From Haliotis cracherodii (Eukaryota), in assembly GCF_022045235.1 (NCBI RefSeq), contig NW_027266264.1:54498001-54562000 (forward strand): 64,000 nt of DNA, written 5' to 3'. Every line of letters begins with the position of its first letter. The stretch's first letter is position 1. Shown here in pieces: positions 1 to 13,665 of this stretch. The notes beneath the pieces were generated by a model. It saw only the letters and a program-made list of their open reading frames with translations. It made no database searches and had not been told where the DNA came from. Position numbers and translations under genes: made by a program.

Positions 1-330
1 TCCTCTCGAGGATTGAGTATTCAAATTGAAAATCGGTGTAAAGTCTACGGCAGTCTACATCAGTCTACTCTGTCTTCTTTCAAACCTCTTCACATTTTAC
101 AGCAAATACATATGGATTGTATAGTGTATAAAAAAACCATCCTCATTCCGAAGGTGAAAAAACAACAAAGTTGGATAATACATTTAGAGTTTGAAGCTTA
201 AATTGGTACACACAGTTTCCTTAGTCATGAACATGTACACATAGTGTATATTGTCCAAGATACATGAGCGGGTATTCACTGCGAGTGGTATTTTTTCTGT
301 ATTCTCTTCCACGCCGAACCTTGTATCAGA
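1..330 (-). mobile_element. Possible Crypton-like remnant
   Basis: ENT.K....AVN, HLRNEDGFF/YTIQS and ICCKM*RGLKE resemble the Crypton N-terminal region; very decayed. Confidence 0.28.
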
Positions 331-1035
331 CTCTGCCACACGTTGTTTCACTGATGAGAACAAACTTGAGTTGTTCAATGACCGTTTCCACGCAACTGTC
401 AACACCGTATTACGAAATGCTTCCAAATGCTTGTAAAGGATGGTGATTGCATTCTCATTTGTTATGAACTGAAAAGCACAGCTAAGCTTGCTGTTTAGGC
501 TAAACCGTGCAAATTATGCATGAAGTGACAAATCCCGATTCAAACGCAGCATTTCTCACTGTCATTATCCTTTTACTTTTCCAAATTCTATTTGCACGTC
601 GTGTGTGAAAGAGTAATTGCAGGAGATAGCTCAGCACCTAAAGTAGTTCGAATGAGGATTCAGAAATTGAAACCCTCATTAGCCAATCAAATTGCTCGAA
701 ATGACACTTAGGTTATTTATGTCGTAACAAAGATCATCCGCAGAGTACACGAATGTTTAATTTAATGCAAACTTTCACCTTCATTCATTGAAGAGCACCG
801 CTCATATCGCATTATGTTATTTTAGGTTTGTTCATGGTCAATACCAGCTAATCTATTTTCAGTTGGTAAATAAATTAGAAATGTTCTTCTGTTTAACAAC
901 CGATATTTACTCTCAGTGTTAGGCAACATTTGAGTCACTTTGCCCAAGGAGAACTAAGACTCTAAATTGTAAAAAAATAATGTATATAATATGTCAGGAA
1001 CAATTTGTGACCTACACACAAAATAAGATACTCAC

Positions 1036-1571
1036 CTATTAATGGTACAAACTCCGAAGTCGCAGGCATATTTTCAGCTATAAGCAACATAAACACCGAA
1101 AACGCAAGCAGTACCGTGATCCCAAGTGTGATTTTTTCTCCTGAGTCTGGCGGGAGCCAAAACCCCAATAAACTGAGAATTGTCAACCACAGACACGGGA
1201 AGATAATGTTGAACAGATAATACAGTGTCTTTCTCCTTATGATGACAGTAAACCGCACGTCAGGGTAAGGCTCCTTGCAGCATGCATAAAACACTTCTGT
1301 TCTTTTTATTCTCACAGCCAACAACTGCCACTCGCCACTGAATATGTAGTTTTGAAGATCCACCACGTCCGATCGGTTCGTCAGGTCCACTTGAAAACCG
1401 TCATACGTCCAGGAACCGAACTTTAGCTCACAAATCTGATCATCAAATGGAAAATATGTGATGTCTATTTTACAGGAACTCCTGAACTTGGCGGGCGGTG
1501 GCCAGAAAACATTGCCTTGATTCGTAACCATAGCTTTACTCTTCATATAACCGGTTGTAAAATCGTCAGCG
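1036..1571 (-). CDS. nAChR alpha subunit (alpha9/alpha10-like), 536-nt exon: Cys-loop, loops B/C, M1, M2, M2-M3 linker
   Basis: Acceptor TTTTCTTGCAG|C (phase 2, completes Ser), donor ATAG|GTGAGT (phase 1). Contains Cys-loop CKIDITYFPFDDQIC, FGSWTYDG, YACCKEPYPD (vicinal Cys = alpha subunit), M1 YYLFNIIFPC, M2 GEKITLGITVLLAFSVFMLL, and ends VPLIG. The ORF-track tail EYLILCV... is intron read-through. Confidence 0.98.
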
Positions 1572-1680
1572 CTGCAAGAAAATATACAAGTAGGTTACAA
1601 TGGAGGTAGATCCATAAGTCATTATTTAGGTGGACTTTCAGTACTTTGGTGAGATGTGGTGTGGTGCGGTGAGGTGCGGT

Positions 1681-1682
<2 letters not shown>

Positions 1683-1732
<50 letters not shown>
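1683..1732. repeat. (TG)n microsatellite
   Basis: Directly visible; preceded by GTGGT/GCGGT pentamers. Confidence 0.98.
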
Positions 1733-1733
<1 letters not shown>

Positions 1734-2229
1734 AAATCCTTATTTTATCCCCGTCAGGCAAGGTAGCAACAAGTGCATCTTATAACGTCATTTGGTATGA
1801 CGCGTCCAGGGGATGGAACCAACGGCCTTCCGCTCTCCGGGAAGAAGCTTTGTCCTCTACACCACCGAGGCGGTCGTTTCTGTGTGGGAGGTTCATGCCA
1901 ACAATATACATTGTTTTGTTCGTATTATATATTTTTTAAATTGATTACCATTTGTTGGTTCACCCGAGCTGCTTAACGTATACCCAACAATTAAAGACAA
2001 GTCCTTAGTGGTTGGTGTATAAGTACCACGGACAAAAACATCATGGAAACAAAAATCTGTCACAGGTCGTAACCTTAACTAACTTGGTTCAACCCACGAA
2101 CACGCGAATAATGCTGCCAAACGTTGCGTTATTATCGAAATACACAGTGACTGGGAATCGAACCTACGACCGATGAGCTAATCCTAGCATGGCTGGATGA
2201 CACACTCTTCTAAAATACATATAAGTGCA

Positions 2230-2460
2230 TGTTGTTTACCTGCTTAACGCTCGGCATTCCGGGGCAAAAACAAGGACTGGTCGGCTCGGAGTCAGTGTTC
2301 TGTGTCTGAGTGGGGTATTCATGTTAAGCTGCGGCATGATATATCAGTGGGCTAGCACTATAAAATCGACATTACTCCAGACTAGTACAATCAGCCACAC
2401 ACACACATGCATGCGCTTCGCTATATAATTACTATAATCATAGGCGCGACGTTAACCAAT
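2230..2460 (+). mobile_element. SINE family C, 5'-truncated copy
   Basis: CGCTCGGCATT...GAGTCAGT...CTGTGTCTGAGTGGG.TATTC...CAGTGGGCTAGCA.TATAAAATCG.CATTA.TCC.GACTAGTA shared with 56355-56480. Confidence 0.8.
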
Positions 2461-2614
2461 GTCTCTTCACCTCAAATCACATATAAGTGCAAAAGTTAAA
2501 GAATGGGATGCTGCTGCAGTGATGACTATGTGATATAACAAGTTGTTTTAACTCGAAAAAACGCTGCTACTAACATGCGACATCATAACATGATGTTTTA
2601 AACTCATTACGTAC

Positions 2615-2724
2615 CTGTTATATAGCACAATATCTGGAAGCCATATTTTTTCACAAGGTATCCTTAGAATCTCCAACCCGTTGAAATCCTTGGGGTCCCA
2701 TACGAGTCGTTCATCTTGCCATTC
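2615..2724 (-). CDS. nAChR alpha subunit, 110-nt exon (loop A)
   Basis: TTTCTTGTAG|GAATGG...TATAACAG|GTACGT = EWQDERLVWDPKDFNGLEILRIPCEKIWLPDIVLYN+AG, phase 0-2; carries the WxPDIVLYN signature. Confidence 0.96.
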
Positions 2725-3442
2725 CTACAAGAAACCGCTAGTGGTAAGTTACAATGTTTCAGTACACATAGGTGTATTCAAAATATGAACATGATAATGA
2801 GCCTTAAACTATACATTATTTTTTTAATGTTTGAGTAATCCTTGTCACCCAATACATATGTGTACCAATAACATATGTACATATTCCACACATTCATAGT
2901 ATTTACAACGATCAATGAACAATACAGAAGAAAATAAGGAAATATATTCGACACACTGCTCCCTGAATGCAACAAAAATGCCTTGACACATTCTCTGGTC
3001 ATTGCATTTCATAACATTGCAACATGAGTAATAATGTCACTGGTAATTCATTGTTTTATGCTCGTGTATGTTGACATATCAGTTTAGAAACTAGAATAGG
3101 TACTGCAAGATATTCTACATGCAGATCACGTCGTTTGAAGTAACCAGTAACCTTAATCGCCCCCAACTAAACGTACATAAAATTCAAGGTGATAAATCAC
3201 TACTCTTATTTATCTATAACGTAGCCATATTGGATTTACAAAGAAATATGCAACCATAAAACCTATTTAAAAGAAAGTTAATGACGTTTTTCTCTGTCAT
3301 AAAACCATGCATGATCAATCAGAGTGCCAAATATATTACAGAGAGGAGCTCGAATAAACGGACCAGAAACGATCGATATATGAACGATGGGCCTAAAGGC
3401 AAATATCCCACACATACATACATTCAAGACGGGCCCAACCCT

Positions 3443-3501
3443 ATAATAATAATAATAATAATAATAAAAATAATAATAACAATCATAACAATAATAATAA
3501 C
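3443..3501. repeat. (AAT)n microsatellite
   Basis: Directly visible, imperfect at the 3' end. Confidence 0.95.
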
Positions 3502-3749
3502 TACAGTATCTTAAGCGACATGATGGTGTAGCTCGATCGTTTTATTACCGTCTTCGCCATGCTTGTGGTTTTGACACAGAGGTCCATCCATGGTACGACC
3601 CGGAATATGTAGAGGGCTTCATGGAAAATGATAAATATAAAAGTCTTTGGAATTGGCAGCCTCGGACGTATCCAGGCCAACAAACATGATCTTGTCCTTT
3701 TTGATAATTCCACTGAACTAATTTATATCATTGAATTTTCTGTGTCCCT

Positions 3750-4130
3750 TTTGACACCAATGTGACTGACAAGATTCAGGAAAAACATGGCAAATATGAC
3801 CTCGCAAGATAACCTGAAAAAACATGGTACAAGTAAAAATATCGAATACTAACCGACATAATTTTTGTCACTGATGGGTCAAATTTGCGTCTCCATAAAG
3901 GTTTTGGAAAGCTTTACTGAGGCCTTCTGAGTAAGAGTCGTATGAAGCTCTTTGAAATATTGGTTGAAAGAGCATGTTCGATTTTACCTCAAAAGTTGTG
4001 AAATGTAAACTGCAGGAATATTGCCCGACAAAAAGTGAAAGTTGACTGCTGGAAATTGGAATAATGCCATTTTGACATAGGAAGAATATACATGGAGCTG
4101 GTGAATATATTCTTCCAACTGGATGGATGG
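3750..4130 (-). mobile_element. Decayed Penelope-like retroelement 3' end
   Basis: FQFPAVNFHFLSGNIPAVYISQLLR*NRTCS...ELHTTLTQK; DNA AAATTTGACCCATCAGTGACAAAAAT is shared with the other copies. Confidence 0.75.
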
Positions 4131-5733
4131 TAATAAACATTGAATTATGGCCCCAAAAACAAAACCCCGATGTCTGAATCGTGCTCAGTTAAGTTGCACG
4201 AAATATGACAATGAGTCATTAAGCACGACAGTTTATGAAGTAGGTAGACCACTTAATTTATCAGTACATTTCGCTTTCGTACAAGGCTTCCGCTGAGCGC
4301 TCATTTCACCATATCTCGATAATAATAACTCCATCTAGACATAAGGACAGAATAATATATTGGCGGCTTAGTGATCACTATAATCTTTCTGTGGACTGCT
4401 AAATTGATATGCATTCGATTAGTTTGTAAGTTGAGCCAACTTTCAGCTAATCTAATATCAACATAAAAGAAAGCAGCGTATCTTATCTAATTGATATATC
4501 TATGTCTTTTACATATATAGGCAATACGTATTGCCCCGTGGAACAGTTATTATCTTTTCATATTTGCAAAAACCATCATGTAGAAGTCCAGCTTAAGGTA
4601 TATCAAATGCAATGCCTCTCTGTGAATAAAGTATTTTCGGGGAAAACATCGATCGACTGTGATGCAGCAATGGCAGTTCGCTTTTACAACTCTTAAACAC
4701 AGTGTATGAGAGCTGATGTATTTACTGTCACAAACGATTTCATTTCGATGTTATCCAGTCATAAGAACGAGATGATCCGAGCGGCAAACTTCACGACTGT
4801 TGGCCTCAGGGATGTAGTAATAATAATGCTGTCACGAAGTACATAGCAACTTGATCTACAACAAGTAATGATAATATAATATAAAATACTACCTTTCGTA
4901 ACATTTGTACAGGCAATATAATCACATAAAGATGGATATTTGAAAAAAGAGCAATGTGTATAAACTCACAGCCAGACCGAATGTACCTGATTCAGCTGGA
5001 TGGATAAACTGCATTCATCGCACTGTAGTGAAATTCAGAATATCAATGTCCTGATGAAAATTTGGAAAGGTCTAACAGTGACATGAAAGCAAAACCTCGA
5101 ATAGCTACAGATATACGACCGCGGCATTTGTCCATTGGTGTGGTGAATCTGAGCGAAAGAGACGTTAAAGATTTTGACTCTTAACGACTGCCTACGGTTG
5201 AATCGACGGCAAACGGTCCTCGTGGTTCTTGTACATGTAAGTCTATTCGGCAGCACAAGGTTTGATTTAGATGCACACATCACAGATCGATATAAGTTTG
5301 TGCTTATGCAAATGCTCATTTACGTATTGACTTAATTGGAAGTGGAAATCAAGACATGTAAATAAGGCTTTTCATCGAAGAAGACAACCATTGGAAAGAG
5401 AGTACGGTTTATGGGGTCTGTGTTCCTTAATATAAAACAATGTTATACTAAATATAAACATTTCCATCCCTGTACGCAAGATCTGTCTCTCGTGATTTTG
5501 TTTTTCCATATTGGACAATTTATAGAGTCTAGCTATGTGTTGTAAAAGCTTCACTACTTTTAGAGACCATTGATAAAACGGAACTTGGATGAAAGGGAAC
5601 TAGGGACCTGGTACTATTGACATCTATTTGCAGTAAGTATTATTATGAACATGTGAAGATGCTCATTTGAATGCTGGGACCTTCCTCGTGATAAGTACAA
5701 GCCACATACAGACACACAGAATACATAATCGCT

Positions 5734-5736
<3 letters not shown>

Positions 5737-5796
<60 letters not shown>
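5737..5796. repeat. (CA)n microsatellite
   Basis: Directly visible. Confidence 0.98.
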
Positions 5797-5869
5797 TAAG
5801 ATTGTTAGTGCATTTGGAAAGAGCAAATATTGAAACCGACAAATTCAAAGCCCACACTCAACGGTGACA

Positions 5870-6170
5870 GAACAGGGTCATCCACCCGTCGTGAATAGAG
5901 GTTAAGGCCATCATACAGTTGACTTTAGAAGTCAAGGAAATAGGAGAAGGACGACATTTTCAAAGAGTGCAAGTCCTGAAATAATATTGACAGGTGTATC
6001 CTCGGGTGAAATAAAGTCGTTCTGAAAACCAGCAAGCGATCGCAAATGCCAGAGGCAGTGGCACCCATGAAGGCATTGGTGGATAGAAGATGAGATGCAA
6101 GCGTTGCATTCTCTTATCATGAAGAAACAATCGAATGACCCTTGGATGAGTAACACAGAAGCAGAGGATG
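5870..6170 (-). mobile_element. Possible highly diverged Penelope-like fragment
   Basis: LHDKR...PLAF...TRGY motifs and a CACGACGGGTG 3' motif; weak. Confidence 0.3.
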
Positions 6171-6359
6171 CTAATCTCTTCTTTGTTCTCCCTCGTGATT
6201 CACAAGTGCGGTGTGTGTGTATATTTGCAGGAACCCGTTTGTACCCAACTCATCATTCAGTCTCAGGACTATGCAAACATTTTCATATTCGCTACTGAAA
6301 GTCGTGTTGCCTAACGTCACGTCAACATGGTCAAGGACCGCGATGTACTTTCCCAATAA

Positions 6360-6630
6360 GTTGGTTGGTTGGTTGGTTTGATGTTTAACCCCGCACTCAC
6401 CAATATTCCAGGAATATGACGGCGGTCTGTAAATAATCGAGTCTGGACCAGACAATCCCTTGATTAATATCATGAGCATCGATCCACGCAATTGGGATCA
6501 ATGACATGCATCAACCAAATCAGCGAGCCTGACCAACCGATCCCGTTAGTCGTCTCTTACGACAAGCACAGTCGCTTTTTACGGCAAGCATGGGTTGCTG
6601 AAGACATATTCTATCCCGGATCTTCACGGG
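6360..6630 (-). mobile_element. SINE-like family B copy
   Basis: Reverse strand CCCGTGAAGATCCGGG...GCTTGTCGTAAGAG..GACTAACGGGATCGG...GATGCTCATGAT...GTCTGGTCCAGACTCGATTATTTACAGACCGCCGTCATAT...GTTAAAC plus (CCAA)n; about 9 homologues in the window. Confidence 0.88.
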
Positions 6631-8229
6631 CCTCATAATAAGTAACATGTCTTTATAGTTGAATACAATTATGTTTCATGAAAAAAGTGTTATATTCTTT
6701 AACATTTCAAATGAATATTGAATAGAAAAGATGTATATATTTAAAAAAAACTTTGTCCTTTGTCACAGACCTTCCTATGGGAACTATTAAGCAGAGTGTT
6801 CATGTGGTGTATACATCTTTTACCGACTTATATTTTACAAACACGTGAATAATAATGCTGTTGGTAAGGTTCACGTAAACCCACGTGACGATGACGTCGT
6901 CCTGATGACGTGGCATCACAACAGACAGAATAGATACTTCTTTAGCTTTTTCATACCAGGGCACATCTCGAGGAAGACATGTGTATTTGTTATTTCTAAC
7001 TTAAAGCGTAGCAGGAAATGTGTCAATCAATGGCATCATTTGTAGTATTCGTATGACATGGTACTTGGAAATGTATCAGTTCAAGGACATCAAACAGTAT
7101 CCGTATGACAGTAAATTGCAAGTAGTTTTACTGAGTTGTATGTATAGATATTGACACGAAGCTACATGCATTTCAGACCATGTGCCCCCGGAACATATGG
7201 CTTTTTCCTGAATACAAGTTTGTAAACAAAAATCAACATGGCGAACTTTCTTACAGTTTTCTCAACTAAATTGCTTTTCTGTCTCATTCAACGTCGTTCC
7301 AGCACTAAGTACCAAAAGCTCTTGTCGGTTTTAAAGGAACGGAAATATTGCAACGTCTTATTATGAGTTAAAGCATGTTTAATGTTTGTTATAAAACATA
7401 ACTTTGTAGTTATGGCTGAAGTATAACGGCGATCTGGACGTGAATATGGGCCGTGGGCGTGTGTTTACTGTAGAGGAGACCACGGCCAATCTACAAAAAG
7501 CACCGACTGGTTTACGTGTTAATCCTCCAAAGGCCAGTTATTTTTTTCAGGTCTGACTTTCTACCACAGACAGAGTTGAGTATCCATCACATTTATAACA
7601 AACAGACAGAGAGACTATTGGATAGAAAACTGTCCAGGCAGCAACATGTCAGAGATAATTCACCACTGGACATACTAAATAACATAATGAAATATATGTT
7701 CGAGTATAAGGTTATATCATGTTCATACATATCTATATCAGTAAACAAGCAAGAACAAGCATTCAGAACATGCACTTCATTTTTTTCTGGATCAGAACTT
7801 GGCATCCATTTAACCGATGATTGATTTATTTGTGGGAAAATGTCGAAACAAACTGAAATGCTTGATATTGATTTTGAAGACTGACATGATAAAGACCAAG
7901 AATGACACTGTACAGGGGATTTTTAGATTATTCACATGAAGGTTCGTGTAAATATTGACTTTCAGAAGCTAACGTTATATACTTGCCAAAGGAAAGCTTA
8001 CTTCAAGCAGCTCGTGATCCTACCTAATACAGTTATTTCATCATTTGGTTTACATAGATGAGAGAAATCATCAACTGTTAACTAGAGTGTGAACCTGAGT
8101 CCCTGGCTTGATAAAGTATACAATCTTTACCAACAAGTGTAATCATCCACGAAATGGCATCGGTGGCTTGAATGTGAAAAACACTTTTAATGGATCAGTT
8201 CGTCCATTCGGAATATTCTCACACTGTTT

Positions 8230-8510
8230 ATTCAATGTTCTTGCAGGGTGTATCGCTTCTCCACATCCACGCCAAGCAGCCACCACGGTATACACACACC
8301 AAATGTCGGATAGGTCACTGGACGTTTGAACAAACAGTTTGCAAAAAATGCTAACAGAAATGGTCAGCACCGAACAGCCTGATGAACTACACCGAATTGT
8401 TACAGTGTTACAGACAGAACTGTAACCATTTTGCACGGGCATTTACGTTTTGATTAATTTGAAAATTTGGTTACAGAAACTCCTTGCGATGCAATATTCA
8501 CGAACGCCAT
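8230..8510 (-). mobile_element. Possible THAP-domain remnant of a DNA transposon
   Basis: Broken frames GVSVTKF, RAKWLQF, C*HF..NC and EAI follow THAP motif order (GVSLHKFP, R..W, CS.HF, AVP). Confidence 0.3.
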
Positions 8511-11500
8511 GCTATTCAGCTTAAATCTAGGGAGAGCTTTTCGTTGCTAACTTGGTCGAAGGAGCTATGTATATTATGCAGGACGCTAGACAGGGGCTAT
8601 TATAAGGCTGTAGGACAGCGTGATTAGCCCTGATGAAATACCCGCCACCTTACGACCACAACGTACCAATAATGAGCAGGATATTAGCCAGGAATCACCG
8701 TTTGCCTATAGTTGATAAATAGAGTAATTAGGACAGACTTCTGAAACTCAGATTGCGCCAGGAAGAGCTGAATTACGACTATCGATGACCGATTTGAAGG
8801 TTTCTCGCGGACGCCTATAGCTGGTTTCATATACCAACGATTTGTTCTCGAGACCAGTTTAATTATGAGGGAATCCCAATTTGCCCGGCTAACGGGCTGA
8901 AAAAAAGCAAATGGAAACTGGTCTGTTTCGGAGTAGGTGAGCAAAATGAAAACAAAGAAACAAATATTTGATCGATAACTATTGATGGGTATCGAGGAAC
9001 CTCGGTCATTGTGTTATGAATTGACGATCTTTATTTACACAGCAACATACTGTGGAATGAAAGTCGTAAATAGTCTTTAGTTTACGCAGTAATGACCATC
9101 CAATGGAAGCAAAGGTCAAAGTTGCACGTCCAGGTTCTTGCAACTGTCCATTAAAATCGATACATTCTCCATAAAAGCCGAATGTAGATGCTGCAGTAAC
9201 CGCATTTACATTACCAATCGGTTTAAGAGGCATCTTCTATATACTTATATACACTCGGTTTCATAGATGTTGATAAAGACGTGGTTTTCTATTTCATACT
9301 TGAGACTTTAAAGTGAAGCACGGGTTGACCTATCATGGCACTTTTTTAAATTGTATTTTAACGTTTAAAGTTGATAGTTTTGATGTGATTAATATAAGCA
9401 AGAGCAAATAAGTAAGAACAGCATATAGGTGGTCTCTCATTTTTTGAAAGCAAACAGCATGTTTCTAACCATTCGGCCTCATACTTCAGAGACACGTCTT
9501 TGATATACACTTATACGTGGTATCACATCTTTTAATAGACTTTTTAACGACCACTCCTCCTTGAATAGGTACCTCCTTGAAAAAAGTAGTATGTTACTCT
9601 TGCTATACCGTGACATTGGCAGAGAGCTTGAAATGGTTTGTCGTGTTATATATTCCGAAATCAAAGAAAATACAATAAAAACAGTCAAATGAAAAAATGA
9701 CAAAATATTATAAGGACCCTTTGGTCGAAAGACAAGTACTGGTAAATCTTTGACTCATCCACATGACTAACAGTTGGAATTTATTAATTGTAATACTTTC
9801 ATGTTTTGGACAACATGAAATCCAATGGTGAGATAGTTTTAACAAAGTAGTTTTTCTAAACATGAGCAAGCTGATATTTCAAGTAGAGCAATGTAACTAT
9901 TTGGTGGAAATCTGAGCTTGTGTCTTGGACGTTTAAATCTGCTTTTTACATGCATTTATTTCATATTTATTCTCAAAACCAATACATGGTTATCATTGTA
10001 GTGGGATACCTACCCCGTTAGTTTACCCTGGACTACGCTTTCACTACATGTTATACATGTCATGTATAGGTGTGTTTGTAAGTCTGAGGTATTTCAGATA
10101 TTGATCAGCATGCACCAGTGATGAGCAACTAAAAGTGTAACTCCTAGCTTTAATGGTCGAGATACCTCTCCAAATGGTGAATCTTAAAACAACTTGACAT
10201 ATGTTAAGATAATCGAATCTTTATTAGATGAGCAATCACAGACACTTACATCAATCTTAAGTGTAGTTCTTTGACACTAATTGCTAAAGGATGTTGATAT
10301 ACATTAGATTTCTTGTAAATATATTCCTGTTAGTAGCCAGATAGTGTGAAATATTTTACATCTCGTAATTGTTGAATTAATGCTTTCGTTAGTGTTTATC
10401 ACTTACATTAATATTGTATCTTGGTTGTAAAACAGCCATCGATATTCAACCTTCACGACTAGTCTGTATAACCTAATATAAACTCCTATATATTCATACA
10501 ATGTAAATTGCATCCTTTTGACCTTCATGCTTATTTCATCGTGGTTATTTCTGCAGTAAGCAGTACACATTGCTGTCAACACATTGTGTTTGCGTTAGAA
10601 TGAATTTCTTGAAACTAAAGTTTGTGTGCAAGAAATTTCCCGAGCAAGAACGAAGGCTGACGATTTCGTAAAAAATAGTATGATACACAAACGAATAGTG
10701 TTATAAACGTCAGCATATTACTTTCGCGGAGTAGTAGTGTTGTGTTTATAGATCCGTGTCGAGAAACATAAAAGGCAAAAGTTATTGTCTGTGATGTCAT
10801 CACCTCCTATGACGTCACCACACAATACGACAATATTAATAAATGGATTGGCGTATGAAATCACTATAACATGTGTGATGCCTATTTTGAACTCGCTTAT
10901 CTAGCTTATCTTGATCCAGATGGAAATGATGCCGTGAGTATAATCTGATCATCTTGTGAAAAAATGCTGTGAGGGAATACCATCAATCCAGTTACTGGTA
11001 ACTTTCTAAAGGTTACTATACTGCATACACGTACCTTCGCATCGGAACATTCGGTCAATTTACAACGTAACTCACACACATTTCTGTGCATGGGATTAGG
11101 CGGTTTTTTTCTGCCCATGGTTAGAACGAGGACGTTTAATTTGTCTGCAGTTGCTTCAATCAATAGTCTATTTAACCGACCCCACGGGACTGTTATGCAC
11201 CTCCTTCAAGACTCTCATCAGCGTCTTATTCTTGAAAACATTTATCGAATCACCCAACGGAAAGGAAGTGACTTTCGGGCCGACATGGACATTTGGATTG
11301 CACTGGTGTACATATACATAGCCTTTGATGAATATGGTCTAATTCACCATCAACGTATTTTTTCACATATTTGTTCTTCAACGTTTAACATTACTACCAG
11401 AAAAACATATTTTCCAGTAATTACTTTTGTCGCATTTTCGTAATGGTATGATAGTTAATCATGACATACCGTTTGATGTTGCATCCAAGGATGTGACTTT

Positions 11501-13040
11501 TTCTAAACAATGTGAAAAAACTAAGGTAATAGGATTATCTTCAAAGAAATACAAAACATGATTTTTCTCGTACAACATGAATCAATAACTGTACTATGGT
11601 ATCATGAATAATTGCATTCTGCTGCGATCGAGGGGATGTTCACATGTACTGTGTTGGCGCCGCTGCGTGGACTGTATATATCTGCATGGCATTGCCTCGA
11701 TTAGTAGATTTTGCCTACACAATTTTGTAATTCTGGACCCGTTCCACAAAGCGATGTTAGTGTTATAAGTATTCTTATAGACATTGCAGTCACGATCGAC
11801 CAGAATGTGACACTTTGTTTCAGGCTATTGTCTACATTCAATTTCATTTTTCCTTTAAGGTAAATGTAACGTATTGTTCTTTATGTGGAAGACTAACATG
11901 TTGACTATGACGCTGCTTCATTCATGCTCCAACGTTATAGAGCACGTGGTCTGGAATATCTATGAGAAGTTCCTCATTGCAAGTTTCCCAATATTTGTAA
12001 ATCCCCATCAGACACGAGAGGCTAAGTAGCTAAGATGGCTTAGCGGTCATGGAGCTGCAAGTGTGAGTAGCGTCCTTAAGCTGCCATGATCTAGTTCGAA
12101 TCCATGATTTTCCCAGATTATGACCATCAGCACAATTTGGGGATTTCTTAACACTCACTCACTTACACACTCGCCCACCACACAACCTTGAACGTGAAAG
12201 AAGAGTCTATATGTTAGAAAGAGCCGAATAAGTAACCAGTTCTAGTGACTAGTATTGTTTACGACACAATTGCATTCCATCCATACTAAACAGTAATATG
12301 CATACAGATAAGCTTTTACTTTATATATCCCCGCCACGAATCGAACGTTTTTAACCCCCGATCCCAGCTTGTCACGGTTCTAGACAGGTCGGCACTTACT
12401 GCAATAAAGGTAATCCTACGATATGAATATATTGTGATAAATGCATAATTAAGCTTATACATCTCACAGAAACTGAATTTGTAGGATGATGATTACGGCC
12501 GCATACACACGAGCAATTGATGAATGTTGTGTTGCATTTCATTGATCGTCTTGGCCCATAGACCAACCATCATGGTCAGTGCAACGAGCTGCCTACATCT
12601 AAAAGTTGCCGTGCACATGTGTCTTCAGGAAACCTTTTCACTTTCTCAAGACTATCATATGATAAACGTATGGTATCTTTTGTCTATCATGTAGACACGC
12701 AAAACGGTGACATGTCCAAAATTTGAAGGAGGTCGAATGGAATAAATGAATGATGTGTATGATAATGCGATATTATATTTCATATGATGTAATTTTGATA
12801 TGAAGTTCCTCTCCAAAAGAGCTTTGTTCGTAAAAACTCGTCAAAACTCAGTACGAAGCCATCTTTAAAAGCTCAAATTTCAACAAAGCCTTTCAGAACA
12901 AGGACTTGAAACATTTCAAATAGCGATTCAGCCTTGTCAAAGACAACAAGGCGTGGAATACTTGTTCAGGTGTAACTTACAAAGATTTGTCGAACTATTA
13001 TAAATAAATACTAAATAGGTAATTATTTCCTTTTAACGAA

Positions 13041-13160
13041 GGCCTAGTGGTTAAAGCGTTGAGATGGATACTTGGGTTCTGGTTCCACATGGGTTAAATG
13101 TGGAAAGACTAGTTTTGGTGTTCTCTGCCGTGATATGAATTGAATACAGCAAAACTGTGA
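13041..13160 (+). mobile_element. SINE family A, diverged fragment
   Basis: GGCCTAGTGGTTAAAGCGTT...CCACATGGGT..AATGTG...TGGTGT..CCGTGATAT. Confidence 0.6.
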
Positions 13161-13665
13161 CACAGTCACACACTGTGCTAAGACACCTGTAGATCAGGGT
13201 GATGAAATGTATTGTTTAAGAAGACTTTCAATATCAATATTTTATCCCAATATTAATCTGAGGCAGGCATTAATGAGGCAGTGTTAGAACCAGCAAGTGT
13301 CTACATCATTACATACTGAATTCGAGAAGCTCATTTCCTTGGAATATACACAGTGGCCCATTTCCACAACGACTGATGGGTATAGATATAAAGACAGTCG
13401 TTGCGAAAGATTTGATGTTTGGAACGAAGACATGTAATGTTTCATCAACATTTTAAAAGTAAATATTGAAAATTTGAATTTCCCCCAAGAAAATAAATTT
13501 GTTAAAATGTGTGATTGATTTTTAGTGAAAAGGATCACGTTTACAAAAAGTATGAGTGTTTGAAGAGGTATTGATAATAGCATCGTCCCTCTTTAAGTGT
13601 AAGGTATCTCGAAAGTGAAATTCCATTACGCAATCAATGTCCAACTTACATGAATGTTACATAAT

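Noticed and set aside
962-1035. C-terminal part of the 194-aa ORF (EYLILCVGHK...)
   Set aside because: Read-through past the GTGAGT donor; not M3-like. The ORF's Met at 1546 is also internal to the exon.
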